Source of the DNA: a virus
Lineage: Duplodnaviria > Caudoviricetes
Length of the DNA stretch: 41,634 nt
Reading direction: 5' to 3' (one strand)
Virus record (IMG/VR): IMGVR_UViG_3300042554_000432
Location: 1 to 41,634 of that record
The notes beneath the pieces were generated by a model. The model did not search any database, had not been told where the DNA came from, and worked only from the letters and a program-made list of their open reading frames with translations. Positions 10,290 to 19,185 of the stretch are shown one piece after another (the first letter of the stretch is position 1; every line of letters starts with the position of its first letter). A program made the position numbers and the translations under genes.

Positions 10290-11792
10290 ATGGCAACTCC
10301 TAAACCAACACCAAAGCCAACTCCTGCACCTAAGCCACAGCCTAAGCCAAGTCCTGCGCCTAAACCAACACCTGCGCCAAAATCACAAGTTCCGCAGTCA
10401 CCGGGTCCAAGTAATTTACCTAAGTCAACACCAAAACCAACACCTACCAAAACTCCTACACCTACCAAAACTCCCCCATCAAGTAGAACTACTGGCACAA
10501 CAGGAACTAAAGGTGCAGGTGCAACAGTAGAGTTTACTGGTCCTTCAAAGTATTCTCCTATTGACCCTAAGGTTCAGGCTGCTCTTGATAAGGCAGCAGC
10601 ATCTAAAAAAGCAGCAGATGAAAAAATTGCTATTGCCAAGGCTAAGTCTGAGGAAGCAAAAAAGAAGGCTGCTGAGGCTAAGAAAAAAGCCGAGGATGCT
10701 AAGAAAAAACTTGGCAATAAAAAAATTGATACTGCTGGTACTGATGATGATGGTACTGACGATACTGGTACTGGTGGCGATTTTGCTGGAAAATTCATAA
10801 CTACAAAATCAGTCAAAGTCGGTGGCGGAACAAACATTTTCAATGTTTTCTCTAACGGTAAAGGTGGAACATACGAGGAATTTGTTGCCTTTATTCCTGA
10901 TGATGCAGGTGGCGAGGATGATACCGCTGCTGCTGCTGAACTTTATACAAATCAAAAGCGCGATAATACCCGTACAGCATTAGAGGAATTTGTTTCTATT
11001 CTTTCAGGTGCAGGTCTTAGTGAACTTGCTAATGAAGTCAATAGGATGATTTTAGAGGATAAGACTGCTGCACAAATTAAACTTGAAATTCGTACTACTA
11101 AGTCTTATGAAGCACGCTTTCCGGGTATGAAGGCTCTTAGCGATAAGAACCGTGCTATTACCGAAGGCGAATACATTGACTTAGAGCGTGGTTATTCACA
11201 GACCCTTCGTGCTTATGGTCTTGATGAAAAGATTTATGGCGAGCGTTCTGACCTTGGAACTTACATTTCTAATGAAGTTAGCGCCCGTGAGTTTGAGGAA
11301 CGCGTATCACTTGCTAAGGACCGTGTATCATCTCAAAAGGATGTTATGAAGGCTCTTGGTGAAATGTATGTAACAGAAGCGGATGCTGTCGGATACCTTC
11401 TTAACCCATTGAAAGCAATGGATGTTATTAAGAAGCAAGTCCGTGCTGCTGAAATTGGTGCTGCTGCTGCTAACGCTAGGTTCACACTTGGCGCAGATGC
11501 TGCTGCTCGCTCTAGGGAAGCAGAAGCGCTAATTGGTGCAACTGGTACAACAGATGTAGCCACATTAAAGCAAGAGTTTGGTAAAGCAAGAATACTTGCT
11601 GATACTCAATCACAACTATCTAAACTTGAAGGCGAAACCTACAACGAACTAGAAGCAGTACAAGCCGTTGTTGGTGGCGAGCAAGAGAAGTTGTTAAAGT
11701 CAAAGCGCAGAGCAGAGCGTGAAGCAATGTTCCGCTTTGGTGGTCAGTCAGGCGTAGGTGCTTATTCACTACGCAGTACGACTAACCAATAA
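10290..11792 (+). CDS. Putative internal virion protein with Pro/Lys/Thr-rich N-terminus
   Basis: 500 aa; PKPTP repeats followed by Ala/Lys helical regions. Confidence 0.55.
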   Translation: MATPKPTPKPTPAPKPQPKPSPAPKPTPAPKSQVPQSPGPSNLPKSTPKPTPTKTPTPTKTPPSSRTTGTTGTKGAGATVEFTGPSKYSPIDPKVQAALDKAAASKKAADEKIAIAKAKSEEAKKKAAEAKKKAEDAKKKLGNKKIDTAGTDDDGTDDTGTGGDFAGKFITTKSVKVGGGTNIFNVFSNGKGGTYEEFVAFIPDDAGGEDDTAAAAELYTNQKRDNTRTALEEFVSILSGAGLSELANEVNRMILEDKTAAQIKLEIRTTKSYEARFPGMKALSDKNRAITEGEYIDLERGYSQTLRAYGLDEKIYGERSDLGTYISNEVSAREFEERVSLAKDRVSSQKDVMKALGEMYVTEADAVGYLLNPLKAMDVIKKQVRAAEIGAAAANARFTLGADAAARSREAEALIGATGTTDVATLKQEFGKARILADTQSQLSKLEGETYNELEAVQAVVGGEQEKLLKSKRRAEREAMFRFGGQSGVGAYSLRSTTNQ

Positions 11793-11800
11793 TTAGGTTC

Positions 11801-11918
11801 CTTATCTGACCGACCAGCCCGGATAAGTGTAAGAAGTCTGGTAGCAATAGCCAAGGTATGTTCCCCTACATGCATTGTGGATTGCGAATACAACAACCAA
11901 TGAAAGGGAGATGGCTAA
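11801..11918 (+). promoter_or_regulatory. Structured leader of the scaffold/capsid genes (candidate pseudoknot plus hairpin)
   Basis: CTTATCTG/CGGATAAG stem whose loop ACCAG can pair with downstream CTGGT; second stem GCAAT..ATTGC with TTCCCCT loop; RBS AAAGGGAG. Confidence 0.4.
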
Positions 11919-12386
11919 ATGAGCCAAAATAACGAGTATGATGACGAGTTTGATGACTTCGGTGACGAAGGCACGGATGTAGTTAAGCAACTCCGTAAAG
12001 TAAATCGCACGCTTGAAAAGCGTGCAAAAGAACTAGAACAGGAGTTGAAAGGACTGCAATCGCAGACCCGCCAGCGTACTGTAAAGGATGTGTTACAAGC
12101 CAAGGGTATTAACCCAAAGATTGCTGCGTTCATACCGCAAGACATTGATACTTCTGAGGAAGCAATCAATGGCTGGCTAAATGAATACGGTGATGTATTT
12201 GGTTCAACCCAAAACGCTAATTCAGAGCAGGCTTCAAATAACAATTCACTAGATGTTTCTGCTAATGCAAGAATTAACCAAGTGGTTTCAACAGGACAAG
12301 TTCCGGAAGTTGACTCAGATGCTATGGCTAAAATTCTAGCAGCAGGTAACGCAGATGAATTAAATCGCATCCTTGGATTAAATTAA
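11919..12386 (+). CDS. Capsid scaffolding protein
   Basis: Acidic N-terminus, coiled coil, immediately upstream of the major capsid gene. Confidence 0.75.
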   Translation: MSQNNEYDDEFDDFGDEGTDVVKQLRKVNRTLEKRAKELEQELKGLQSQTRQRTVKDVLQAKGINPKIAAFIPQDIDTSEEAINGWLNEYGDVFGSTQNANSEQASNNNSLDVSANARINQVVSTGQVPEVDSDAMAKILAAGNADELNRILGLN

Positions 12387-12416
12387 CCAACTACCAATCT
12401 AAAGGAGTAATGACTC

Positions 12417-13562
12417 ATGGCAGATACCAATACCACAGCCCTTGCAGGCTTGGTCAAAACTGCGTATGACCGCTATGTTGAGTTCGCTCTCCGTTCGCAA
12501 CCGCTAGTTCGTAGCGTTGCAGACAAGCGACCAGCACAGCAAGCAATGCCGGGGTCAAGCGTTGTATTTTCACTTTACAATGACTTGGCAGCGGCTACTT
12601 CTGCACTTTCAGAGGCAACAGACCCTGATGCAGTAGCACTATCAGATGTATCAACAACTTCTGTAACACTTGCAGAATACGGAAATGCATCTCTTGTAAC
12701 TCGTAAGTTACAACTATTCTCTCTATCAGATGTGGACCCAGCAGTTGCAGACATCATTGCCTACAACATGGCTGACTCACTTGATAAGATTGCAATGGAG
12801 AGCCTACGCCAAGGAACAAATGTTCTTTACGGCGGTTCAGTAACTTCAACAGCAACCGTTTCATCTGCTGATACCCTAACATCTGCAAAAATCCGCCGTG
12901 CAGTAGCCAAGTTGCGTAGCAACAAGGCTGTTCCACGCCAAGGTTCTTTGTACTGGTGCGGTATTCACCCTGAGGTTTCACACGACCTTCGTGCTGAAAC
13001 AGGCTCAGTCGGATGGCGCGACATCCATGCTCAAACAGACTCTGCACAGGGTAACCTATGGGCTGGAACAATCGGAACATACGAAGGTGCTTTCTTTGTA
13101 GAAACACCACGCATGTACGAAAAGGCAGAAGGTGCTAATCAGTCAACCTTCACAACTACAACCACAACAACATCTGCATCAGGTGCAACAACAATTACTG
13201 TTGCATCAACATCAGGTATTGATGTCGGTGATGGGCTTGCAATTTCTGCAACAACTGGCGCAAGCACACTTGTTTCAGCAATCAATGGCTCAGTTCTCAC
13301 CCTTTCAGTAGCAACAACTGCTGCTGTAACATCAGGTGCAACTGTAACCATCACACCTAAGACAAATGTATTCCGCACAATCCTTGCTGGAAAGCAGGCT
13401 TTGGCAGAAGCAGTTGCACAGGAACCGGGCGTAGTTATCGGACCTGTTACTGATAAGTTGATGCGTTTCCGCCCAATCGGTTGGTACGGCGTACTTGGTT
13501 TCGCCCGCTACCGTGAGGATGCGTTGTTCCGCATTGAAACTTCATCTAGCATCTCTGACTAA
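12417..13562 (+). CDS. Major capsid protein (HK97 fold, N4-gp56-like)
   Basis: 381 aa, strong AAGGAG RBS, motifs TLAEYGNA, IHPEVSHDL, IGTYEGAFFVET, IGWYGVLG. Confidence 0.88.
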   Translation: MADTNTTALAGLVKTAYDRYVEFALRSQPLVRSVADKRPAQQAMPGSSVVFSLYNDLAAATSALSEATDPDAVALSDVSTTSVTLAEYGNASLVTRKLQLFSLSDVDPAVADIIAYNMADSLDKIAMESLRQGTNVLYGGSVTSTATVSSADTLTSAKIRRAVAKLRSNKAVPRQGSLYWCGIHPEVSHDLRAETGSVGWRDIHAQTDSAQGNLWAGTIGTYEGAFFVETPRMYEKAEGANQSTFTTTTTTTSASGATTITVASTSGIDVGDGLAISATTGASTLVSAINGSVLTLSVATTAAVTSGATVTITPKTNVFRTILAGKQALAEAVAQEPGVVIGPVTDKLMRFRPIGWYGVLGFARYREDALFRIETSSSISD

Positions 13563-13580
13563 TTTCGGAGATTAGTACCG

Positions 13581-13610
13581 GGGTGGCGGGTGTTTAAACG
13601 CCCGCTACCC
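13581..13610 (+). terminator. Hairpin after the capsid gene, centred on GTTTAAAC
   Basis: GGGTGGCGGGTGTTT/AAACGCCCGCTACCC; only a weak U-tract follows. Confidence 0.5.
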
Positions 13611-13629
13611 TGTTACACTAAGGAGAGTT

Positions 13630-13887
13630 ATGGCATACCAATTCACACCACCTACCGTCAAGGAAACCCCTGCTGGCGGACACACGCTATTTGAGCGTAT
13701 GGGTATCAACCGCGGGATTAGTGTCCTGCGTGTAAACGGGTTGTATTCGTCATACCGTTACCCAAGCCAAACTCAGACTTTAGAAGCAGACGAAGTTTAT
13801 TTAGGTGGACATGTGTACGACATTGACGAACAGACAAGAACACGACTCATAGCAGCAGGCTATGGAGAGTACATAACAACGGTTTAA
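13630..13887 (+). CDS. Hypothetical protein
   Basis: 85-aa ORF with AAGGAG RBS. Confidence 0.7.
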   Translation: MAYQFTPPTVKETPAGGHTLFERMGINRGISVLRVNGLYSSYRYPSQTQTLEADEVYLGGHVYDIDEQTRTRLIAAGYGEYITTV

Positions 13888-13889
13888 AC

Positions 13890-14162
13890 ATGGCATGTAG
13901 AACTGGTTGCCCAACACAAGACCATGAAAATTGGGGCGAGTGCCTAAAAGCATCTAACTTAGAGTTCAGCACAGGTGATGCAAATAGTGCAAAAGGTATG
14001 ACTGAGAAAAAATGGAACGCTGAACTTAATGCTTATGCTGCTGCAAGAGCGCAAGGTATTCAACCTGCTGGAACTTCTATGGCAAAAATTAGAGATGCTG
14101 TTGAGAAATCTGATAAGGCTGGTAAAGCCTTTGATGCAAATACGGGGACATTTAAGGGGTAA
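13890..14162 (+). CDS. Hypothetical protein (Cys/His N-terminus, possibly Zn-binding)
   Basis: 90 aa, CRTGCPTQDH..C. Confidence 0.7.
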   Translation: MACRTGCPTQDHENWGECLKASNLEFSTGDANSAKGMTEKKWNAELNAYAAARAQGIQPAGTSMAKIRDAVEKSDKAGKAFDANTGTFKG

Positions 14163-14164
14163 CA

Positions 14165-14728
14165 ATGACTGCCATTGTAGGTATTCAGGGAAAAGGCTGG
14201 GCGTTAATCGCAGCAGACTCCATGACTACCTATGACGACAAACCATACTATGCAAAAGGTGTGGATAAAGTTACCAAAAAGGGTGACTATGTATTTGGAT
14301 TTTCAGGTGATGCCATTGCAGGCAACATTGCAAACTATCTTTGGAACCCACCAAAAGTAGTCAAGACAATAGCAACAGATGTATTTATGCAGACAAAAGT
14401 TTTGCCTTCCCTACGGGAAGCAATGATTGAGAACGGGTATAACCCCGATACAAGTAAAGATAAAGATGCCGGATTTGATGCACTTATCTGTTTAAACGGT
14501 GTTATCTATGAAGTTGACCAAGACTATTTATGGTCAAGAGATGACCGTGGTTTGTATGCGGTAGGCAGCGGTGGCGATTTAGCCCTTGGTGCATTAGCAG
14601 CAGCAGGCATGAGTAAGAACTCTATTAAGAGCGTTGAGGCTGTGGCTCGTAGAGCAATCAAGATTTCCGCTGATTACAACATAAGTGTTGGCGGAGATGT
14701 AAAGGTAATTACCCAAAGGAGTAAGTAA
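14165..14728 (+). CDS. Proteasome beta-subunit/HslV-like Ntn-hydrolase peptidase
   Basis: N-terminal M-T nucleophile, IAADS, conserved Lys, GFSG, AVGSGG..ALGAL. Confidence 0.85.
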   Translation: MTAIVGIQGKGWALIAADSMTTYDDKPYYAKGVDKVTKKGDYVFGFSGDAIAGNIANYLWNPPKVVKTIATDVFMQTKVLPSLREAMIENGYNPDTSKDKDAGFDALICLNGVIYEVDQDYLWSRDDRGLYAVGSGGDLALGALAAAGMSKNSIKSVEAVARRAIKISADYNISVGGDVKVITQRSK

Positions 14729-14880
14729 TGTGCGCTGAGTGTGGATGCTATGGCGCTGTTCAACCTTACGGCGTAGGCGGTAGGGATGTTAGCAGCAAGC
14801 CAACAGAAGCAAGTTTAAAGAAGGTCACAGTTCAACCCGGTATGTATCACAAGAACGATACCGAAATTGAGGATGACTAA
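14728..14880 (+). CDS. Small hypothetical protein (50 aa, MCAECGC...)
   Basis: Manual translation; AAGGAG RBS; TAATG coupling at both ends. Confidence 0.65.
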   Translation: MCAECGCYGAVQPYGVGGRDVSSKPTEASLKKVTVQPGMYHKNDTEIEDD

Positions 14881-15047
14881 TGCCTAAGAACAAAGTTGAA
14901 AAGATTATGGGTGAGTTTAAACGCGGAACCCTACATAGCGGAAAAGACCCTAAAGGTCCTAAGAAGGCAGCAGTTGTAAAGAACCGTAAACAAGCAGTCG
15001 CTATTGCTTTATCAGTAGCGGGTAAATCAAAGAAAAAGGGGAAATAA
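14880..15047 (+). CDS. Small basic protein, DUF6496-like (55 aa)
   Basis: Manual translation KVEKIMGEFKRGTLHSG...RKQAVAIALS. Confidence 0.65.
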   Translation: MPKNKVEKIMGEFKRGTLHSGKDPKGPKKAAVVKNRKQAVAIALSVAGKSKKKGK

Positions 15048-15049
15048 TA

Positions 15050-15271
15050 ATGCCAATGTATGAGAAAAAAGTAAAGATTACTGGCTCAGCAAAATCAAAG
15101 CCAGCAGCAAAGAAGCCAACAATGCCTACTAAGCCATCTGCAAACATGACTAAGATGAACAAGTCAGCAGCAACAGGCAAGCCAAAACTTGGTGGCGCAG
15201 GTAACCCTAACTATGTTAAAGACATGGTTAAGAAGGGTAAGTCAAAGCCAAAGCCGGGGATGATTAAGTAA
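15050..15271 (+). CDS. Small Lys-rich basic protein
   Basis: 73 aa, K/P/A-rich, in the operon frame series. Confidence 0.65.
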   Translation: MPMYEKKVKITGSAKSKPAAKKPTMPTKPSANMTKMNKSAATGKPKLGGAGNPNYVKDMVKKGKSKPKPGMIK

Positions 15272-15273
15272 TC

Positions 15274-15540
15274 ATGCCTGCTAAGAAAGACCCACGATTA
15301 GCAAGAGCAGGCGTAGCAGGCTTTAATAAGCCTAAGCGTACTCCAAGTCATCCGACTAAATCTCATGTTGTTGTGGCTAAAGAAGGCTCGCAAGTAAAGA
15401 CAATTCGTTTTGGACAGCAAGGCGTGACTGGTGATAGACAACCAACTGCACGCCAAGCATCCTTCAAGGCTCGTCACGCTAAGAACATTGCCAAGGGCAA
15501 GATGTCGGCAGCGTACTGGGCAGACAAGGTGAAGTGGTGA
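15274..15540 (+). CDS. Small basic phage protein
   Basis: 88 aa, KPKRTP..KSHVV..IRFGQQG..FKARH..AYWADKVKW. Confidence 0.75.
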   Translation: MPAKKDPRLARAGVAGFNKPKRTPSHPTKSHVVVAKEGSQVKTIRFGQQGVTGDRQPTARQASFKARHAKNIAKGKMSAAYWADKVKW

Positions 15541-15695
15541 AAAAGAAAGCATTTTGGGATACAAAAAATCCTAACAAGAAATCTACTCCATTGACTCCTG
15601 CACAAAAGGCTAAGGCAAAAGCAGCAGCAAAGAAGGCTGGTCGCCCTTACCCAAATCTTGTTGATAATGCAGCAGCAAAAAGAAAGGCTAAGTAA
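15537..15695 (+). CDS. Small Lys/Ala-rich basic protein (52 aa)
   Basis: Manual translation from GTG overlapping the previous stop (GTGA); stop coupled to the next ATG. Confidence 0.65.
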   Translation: MKKKAFWDTKNPNKKSTPLTPAQKAKAKAAAKKAGRPYPNLVDNAAAKRKAK

Positions 15696-15961
15696 TGGCA
15701 ACTGGTATTGCAGGAAGCACACTTACAGGTGAACTCAATCGCCTTGCAGGTATTACTAGCGTTACATCTTACAAAGCCCCACAGGGTGCAGCCAATACCT
15801 ATGCTGGTACAACAGGCTTAGGTCTTATTGCTGCCCTTAATTACAAGGCTAGTTCATCCCGACAACCAAAAGACTATAAAGGTTTAAACGCAATTTGTAA
15901 TGAACTTGCTAGCACAACTGGAAAGTCTGCGGTAGATGCATTGAGGTCTATTAACCTATGA
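15695..15961 (+). CDS. Hypothetical virion protein
   Basis: 88 aa with two internally similar halves (ELNRLAG / CNELAST). Confidence 0.65.
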   Translation: MATGIAGSTLTGELNRLAGITSVTSYKAPQGAANTYAGTTGLGLIAALNYKASSSRQPKDYKGLNAICNELASTTGKSAVDALRSINL

Positions 15962-16863
15962 GTACACTTAACCAATTAACTGAGCGTATTGATACGCTAT
16001 TGCATGGCTATACGGTTAACTCCGAAGCCAGCACATGGCTAACAACTAGCGCAACAACTTCTACAACTTCTATTACTGTTTTTGATACATCAGTAATTGG
16101 TCGTGGTTACATCCAAATTGGTGATGAAATCATGTATGTAAACACAGTTAACCCAGCATCAAGCACACTAACACTTGCCCCTTGGGGTCGTGGACAACGC
16201 GGTACTACTGCCGAAACCCATGCTGCTAATGATAGAGTAATCGTTTCTCCATTGTTCCCACGCAATGAAATTAAGCGTGCTATTAACGACACTATCAATG
16301 CTGTTTACCCAGCAATCTTTGGTGTTGGTCAAACAGAGTTTAGTTTTGTGGCTGCTAAAACAACTTACGATTTACCTGATGAAGCAGAAAACATTTTAAA
16401 CCTTACTCACTCAGTCATAGGTCCAAGCAACGAGTGGCTTCCAGTTCGTGCATGGCAACTAGACCGATTGGCTAATCCAACAACATTTGGCACAGGTGGC
16501 AATCTAGGAAAGAGCATCAGCGTTTACTCTCCTATTGTTCCGGGGCGTAAAGTCAATGTTGTTTATTCAAAGCGCCCAACTTTATTGTCGGCAGCAACAG
16601 ATGAGTTCTCAACAGTTACTGGCTTGCCGTCATACGCTGAGGATGTAATCATTTATGGCGCAGCCTTTAGGATGATTTCCTTCCTTGACCCTTCACGCCT
16701 TGGTCCGCAACACGCAGCAGCAGACTTGCTTGACTCACAACAAACTGCTCGTTCAGGCGAAACTGCATCACGCTTCTTGTTTGGTATTTACCAACAGCGT
16801 TTAAACGAGTGTGCAGAAAATCAACGCAGACAATTCCCAGTCCGCAGTCACTATCAAAGGTAG
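15958..16863 (+). CDS. Head-tail adaptor / tail tubular protein A-like
   Basis: 301 aa; helical ends with a beta-rich middle; YDLPDE motif; position before the fibres. Confidence 0.55.
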   Translation: MSTLNQLTERIDTLLHGYTVNSEASTWLTTSATTSTTSITVFDTSVIGRGYIQIGDEIMYVNTVNPASSTLTLAPWGRGQRGTTAETHAANDRVIVSPLFPRNEIKRAINDTINAVYPAIFGVGQTEFSFVAAKTTYDLPDEAENILNLTHSVIGPSNEWLPVRAWQLDRLANPTTFGTGGNLGKSISVYSPIVPGRKVNVVYSKRPTLLSAATDEFSTVTGLPSYAEDVIIYGAAFRMISFLDPSRLGPQHAAADLLDSQQTARSGETASRFLFGIYQQRLNECAENQRRQFPVRSHYQR

Positions 16864-16871
16864 GTAAATAA

Positions 16872-18620
16872 ATGGCAGCAGGAGATGCAGGCTCACCAAA
16901 ACGGTACTATTCGGCAACAGCAGTAGAAACAACTATTACTGCTGCTATCCCTTCGGCATCACAAGGAGATACTTATACATCCTTTGTTGTTGCTTCAACA
17001 AGTGGATTTGCTGCAAGTTTTCCTTACACACTTCTTGTTGACCCTGATACAAACAAAGAGGAAGTAATTACAGTTGAGTCAGGTACTGGTACAACTCTTA
17101 CCGTTAAGCGTGGTCAAGATAGCACACAGGCAGTAGCACACTCTGCTGGTGCAACAGTTCGCCATGCAGTATCTGCCCGTGACTTCCGCGAATTACAAAC
17201 CCACATTGCAGCCCGTGGTTATGATGCTGACTCAGGCATTATGACTAACATTGAAACACATGTTCACGGTCTTGGTTCAGGTGATGGTTCAGTAGTAGGT
17301 ACTGCAAAGGCTCAAACCCTTAGCAATAAGACATTAAGCACGACTAACAATACATTTACTGGTGTTGCTACTCTTGCTGGTTCTGAAACACTTACCAATA
17401 AACTTTTAACAAGCCCAACCGTTGATGGTGATGGCATCTACTTTGAAGGCTCAACTGCTGATGGTAATGAAACAAGACTTACCGTAGTTGACCCAACCGC
17501 TGACCGTGTTATCACACTTCCAAATGTGACTGGTACTGTTGCAATCCTTGATGCTTCACAAACTCTTTCTAACAAAACACTTACAAGCAATACACTAGGT
17601 TCTGACCTTGCTGCTGGTGGATTTACTGTATCGGGTCTTGCTACACCAAGTGCTAATGACCATGCTGCTACTAAGGCTTATGTAGATACTCAGGTTTCTA
17701 ACCTTGTTGACTCAGCACCGGGAACACTTGATACCCTTAATGAACTTGCTGCTGCTTTAGGTGATGACCCTAACTATGCAACAACTATTACTAACGCTTT
17801 AGCAGGAAAACTATCTCTAAGCGGTGGCACTATGACTGGTGCTATTGCAATGGGTACAAACAAGATTACTGGTCTTGGCACTCCTACTGCTGGTACTGAT
17901 GCTGCTACAAAAGATTACATTGATACTCAAACAACATCTGCTGGTGCATCTGCAACTGCTGCTGCACTTAGTGCAACTGCTGCTGCATCATCAGCAAACG
18001 CAGCAGCCACATCAGCAACAAGCGCTAATAACTCTTACACGGCGGTAGTTGGTTTAACTGGCGCAGGTATTTTGCGCGACATGGGTACAATTACTGAAAC
18101 AGATACAACAAGTAGCACCTATTTAAACATTGCTACTGTTGCTGCATCTGCTAATAACTCTGCTAGCGCTGCTGCTACAAGTGCTACTAGCGCTGCTGCG
18201 AGTGCAAGTGCTGCTGCTACTAGCGCTACTGCTGCTGCAACTAGCGCAACAAGTGCTGCTAACTCTGCCACCGCAGCAGCCACTTCCGCAACATCTGCTG
18301 CTAACTCAGCAACTGCTGCTGCTAATAGTGCTGCATCCGCTGCAAGTGCAATTCAAGCAGTTATCTTTGATGCTAAAGGTGACTTGATTGTTGCTAGTGC
18401 TGCCGATACCGCTGCAAGATTACCTATTGGAACAGATGGACAAATCCTTACCGCTGCATCTACGGCTTCTTATGGAGTTCAATGGGCAGCAGCACCGATT
18501 AGCCTTCCTGACCAATCAGGTAATACTGGTAAGTATTTAACAACTAATGGTTCAACCGCATCTTGGGCTGCGATTACTACTGACCCGCTGCCGGATGTCT
18601 TTATGATGATGGGGGCTTAA
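16872..18620 (+). CDS. Tail fibre protein
   Basis: QTLSNKTL repeats, APGTLDTLNELAAALGDDPNYATTI motif, SATAAA repeats, AKGDLIVA motif. Confidence 0.85.
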   Translation: MAAGDAGSPKRYYSATAVETTITAAIPSASQGDTYTSFVVASTSGFAASFPYTLLVDPDTNKEEVITVESGTGTTLTVKRGQDSTQAVAHSAGATVRHAVSARDFRELQTHIAARGYDADSGIMTNIETHVHGLGSGDGSVVGTAKAQTLSNKTLSTTNNTFTGVATLAGSETLTNKLLTSPTVDGDGIYFEGSTADGNETRLTVVDPTADRVITLPNVTGTVAILDASQTLSNKTLTSNTLGSDLAAGGFTVSGLATPSANDHAATKAYVDTQVSNLVDSAPGTLDTLNELAAALGDDPNYATTITNALAGKLSLSGGTMTGAIAMGTNKITGLGTPTAGTDAATKDYIDTQTTSAGASATAAALSATAAASSANAAATSATSANNSYTAVVGLTGAGILRDMGTITETDTTSSTYLNIATVAASANNSASAAATSATSAAASASAAATSATAAATSATSAANSATAAATSATSAANSATAAANSAASAASAIQAVIFDAKGDLIVASAADTAARLPIGTDGQILTAASTASYGVQWAAAPISLPDQSGNTGKYLTTNGSTASWAAITTDPLPDVFMMMGA

Positions 18621-18624
18621 TAAC

Positions 18625-18828
18625 ATGCCAGCATTTGCATTACAACTCCGTAGAGGAACTACTAGCGAACACTCTACATTTACAGGTTTGGTTGGGGAAG
18701 TTACGATAGACACAACCAAAGATACAATAGTGGTACATGACGGCACAACAGTCGGCGGAATACCACTAGCAAAAGAGTCCGCAATCTCCGAGGGCGGATT
18801 AAATCCATTTCTACTTATGGGGGCATAA
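18625..18828 (+). CDS. Small tail protein, Mtd N-terminal-like domain
   Basis: LQLRRGT..TG..GEVTIDT.KDTIVVHDG.TVGG. Confidence 0.7.
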   Translation: MPAFALQLRRGTTSEHSTFTGLVGEVTIDTTKDTIVVHDGTTVGGIPLAKESAISEGGLNPFLLMGA

Positions 18829-18831
18829 CCT

Positions 18832-19164
18832 ATGGCATACAAAGTATTGGGTCGTAAAGCATCTGCTGCTACTACCCTAGAGGAACTGTACGCAGTTCCA
18901 GCATCATCTAGTGCTGTTGTTTCTAGCATTGTAGTTTGCAATCGCTCAGCATCATCACGCACATACCGCATTGCGGTAAAACCAGCAACTGGCACATCTA
19001 TTGCAGACGAGCATTACATTGCTTATGATGTAGCAATCGCTGCTAACGACTCAGTTGCATTAACACTAGGCATTACTCTTGCTGCATCAAATGTAATTCA
19101 TGTGTACGCATCTGCTTCATCATCCCTTACATTTACCGCTTTCGGCTCTGAACAATCTGCTTAA
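18832..19164 (+). CDS. Tail-associated beta-sandwich protein
   Basis: 110 aa, LYAVP..SAVVSSIVVCN..FTAFGSE. Confidence 0.6.
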   Translation: MAYKVLGRKASAATTLEELYAVPASSSAVVSSIVVCNRSASSRTYRIAVKPATGTSIADEHYIAYDVAIAANDSVALTLGITLAASNVIHVYASASSSLTFTAFGSEQSA

Positions 19165-19185
19165 TCAATAAGGAGTTTAAACACT

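Noticed and set aside
14260-14268. DnaA box TGTGGATAA
   Set aside because: Isolated and inside a coding sequence; likely chance
17950-18350. GCTGCT/GCAACT nucleotide repeats
   Set aside because: Explained by SATAAA peptide repeats of the tail fibre
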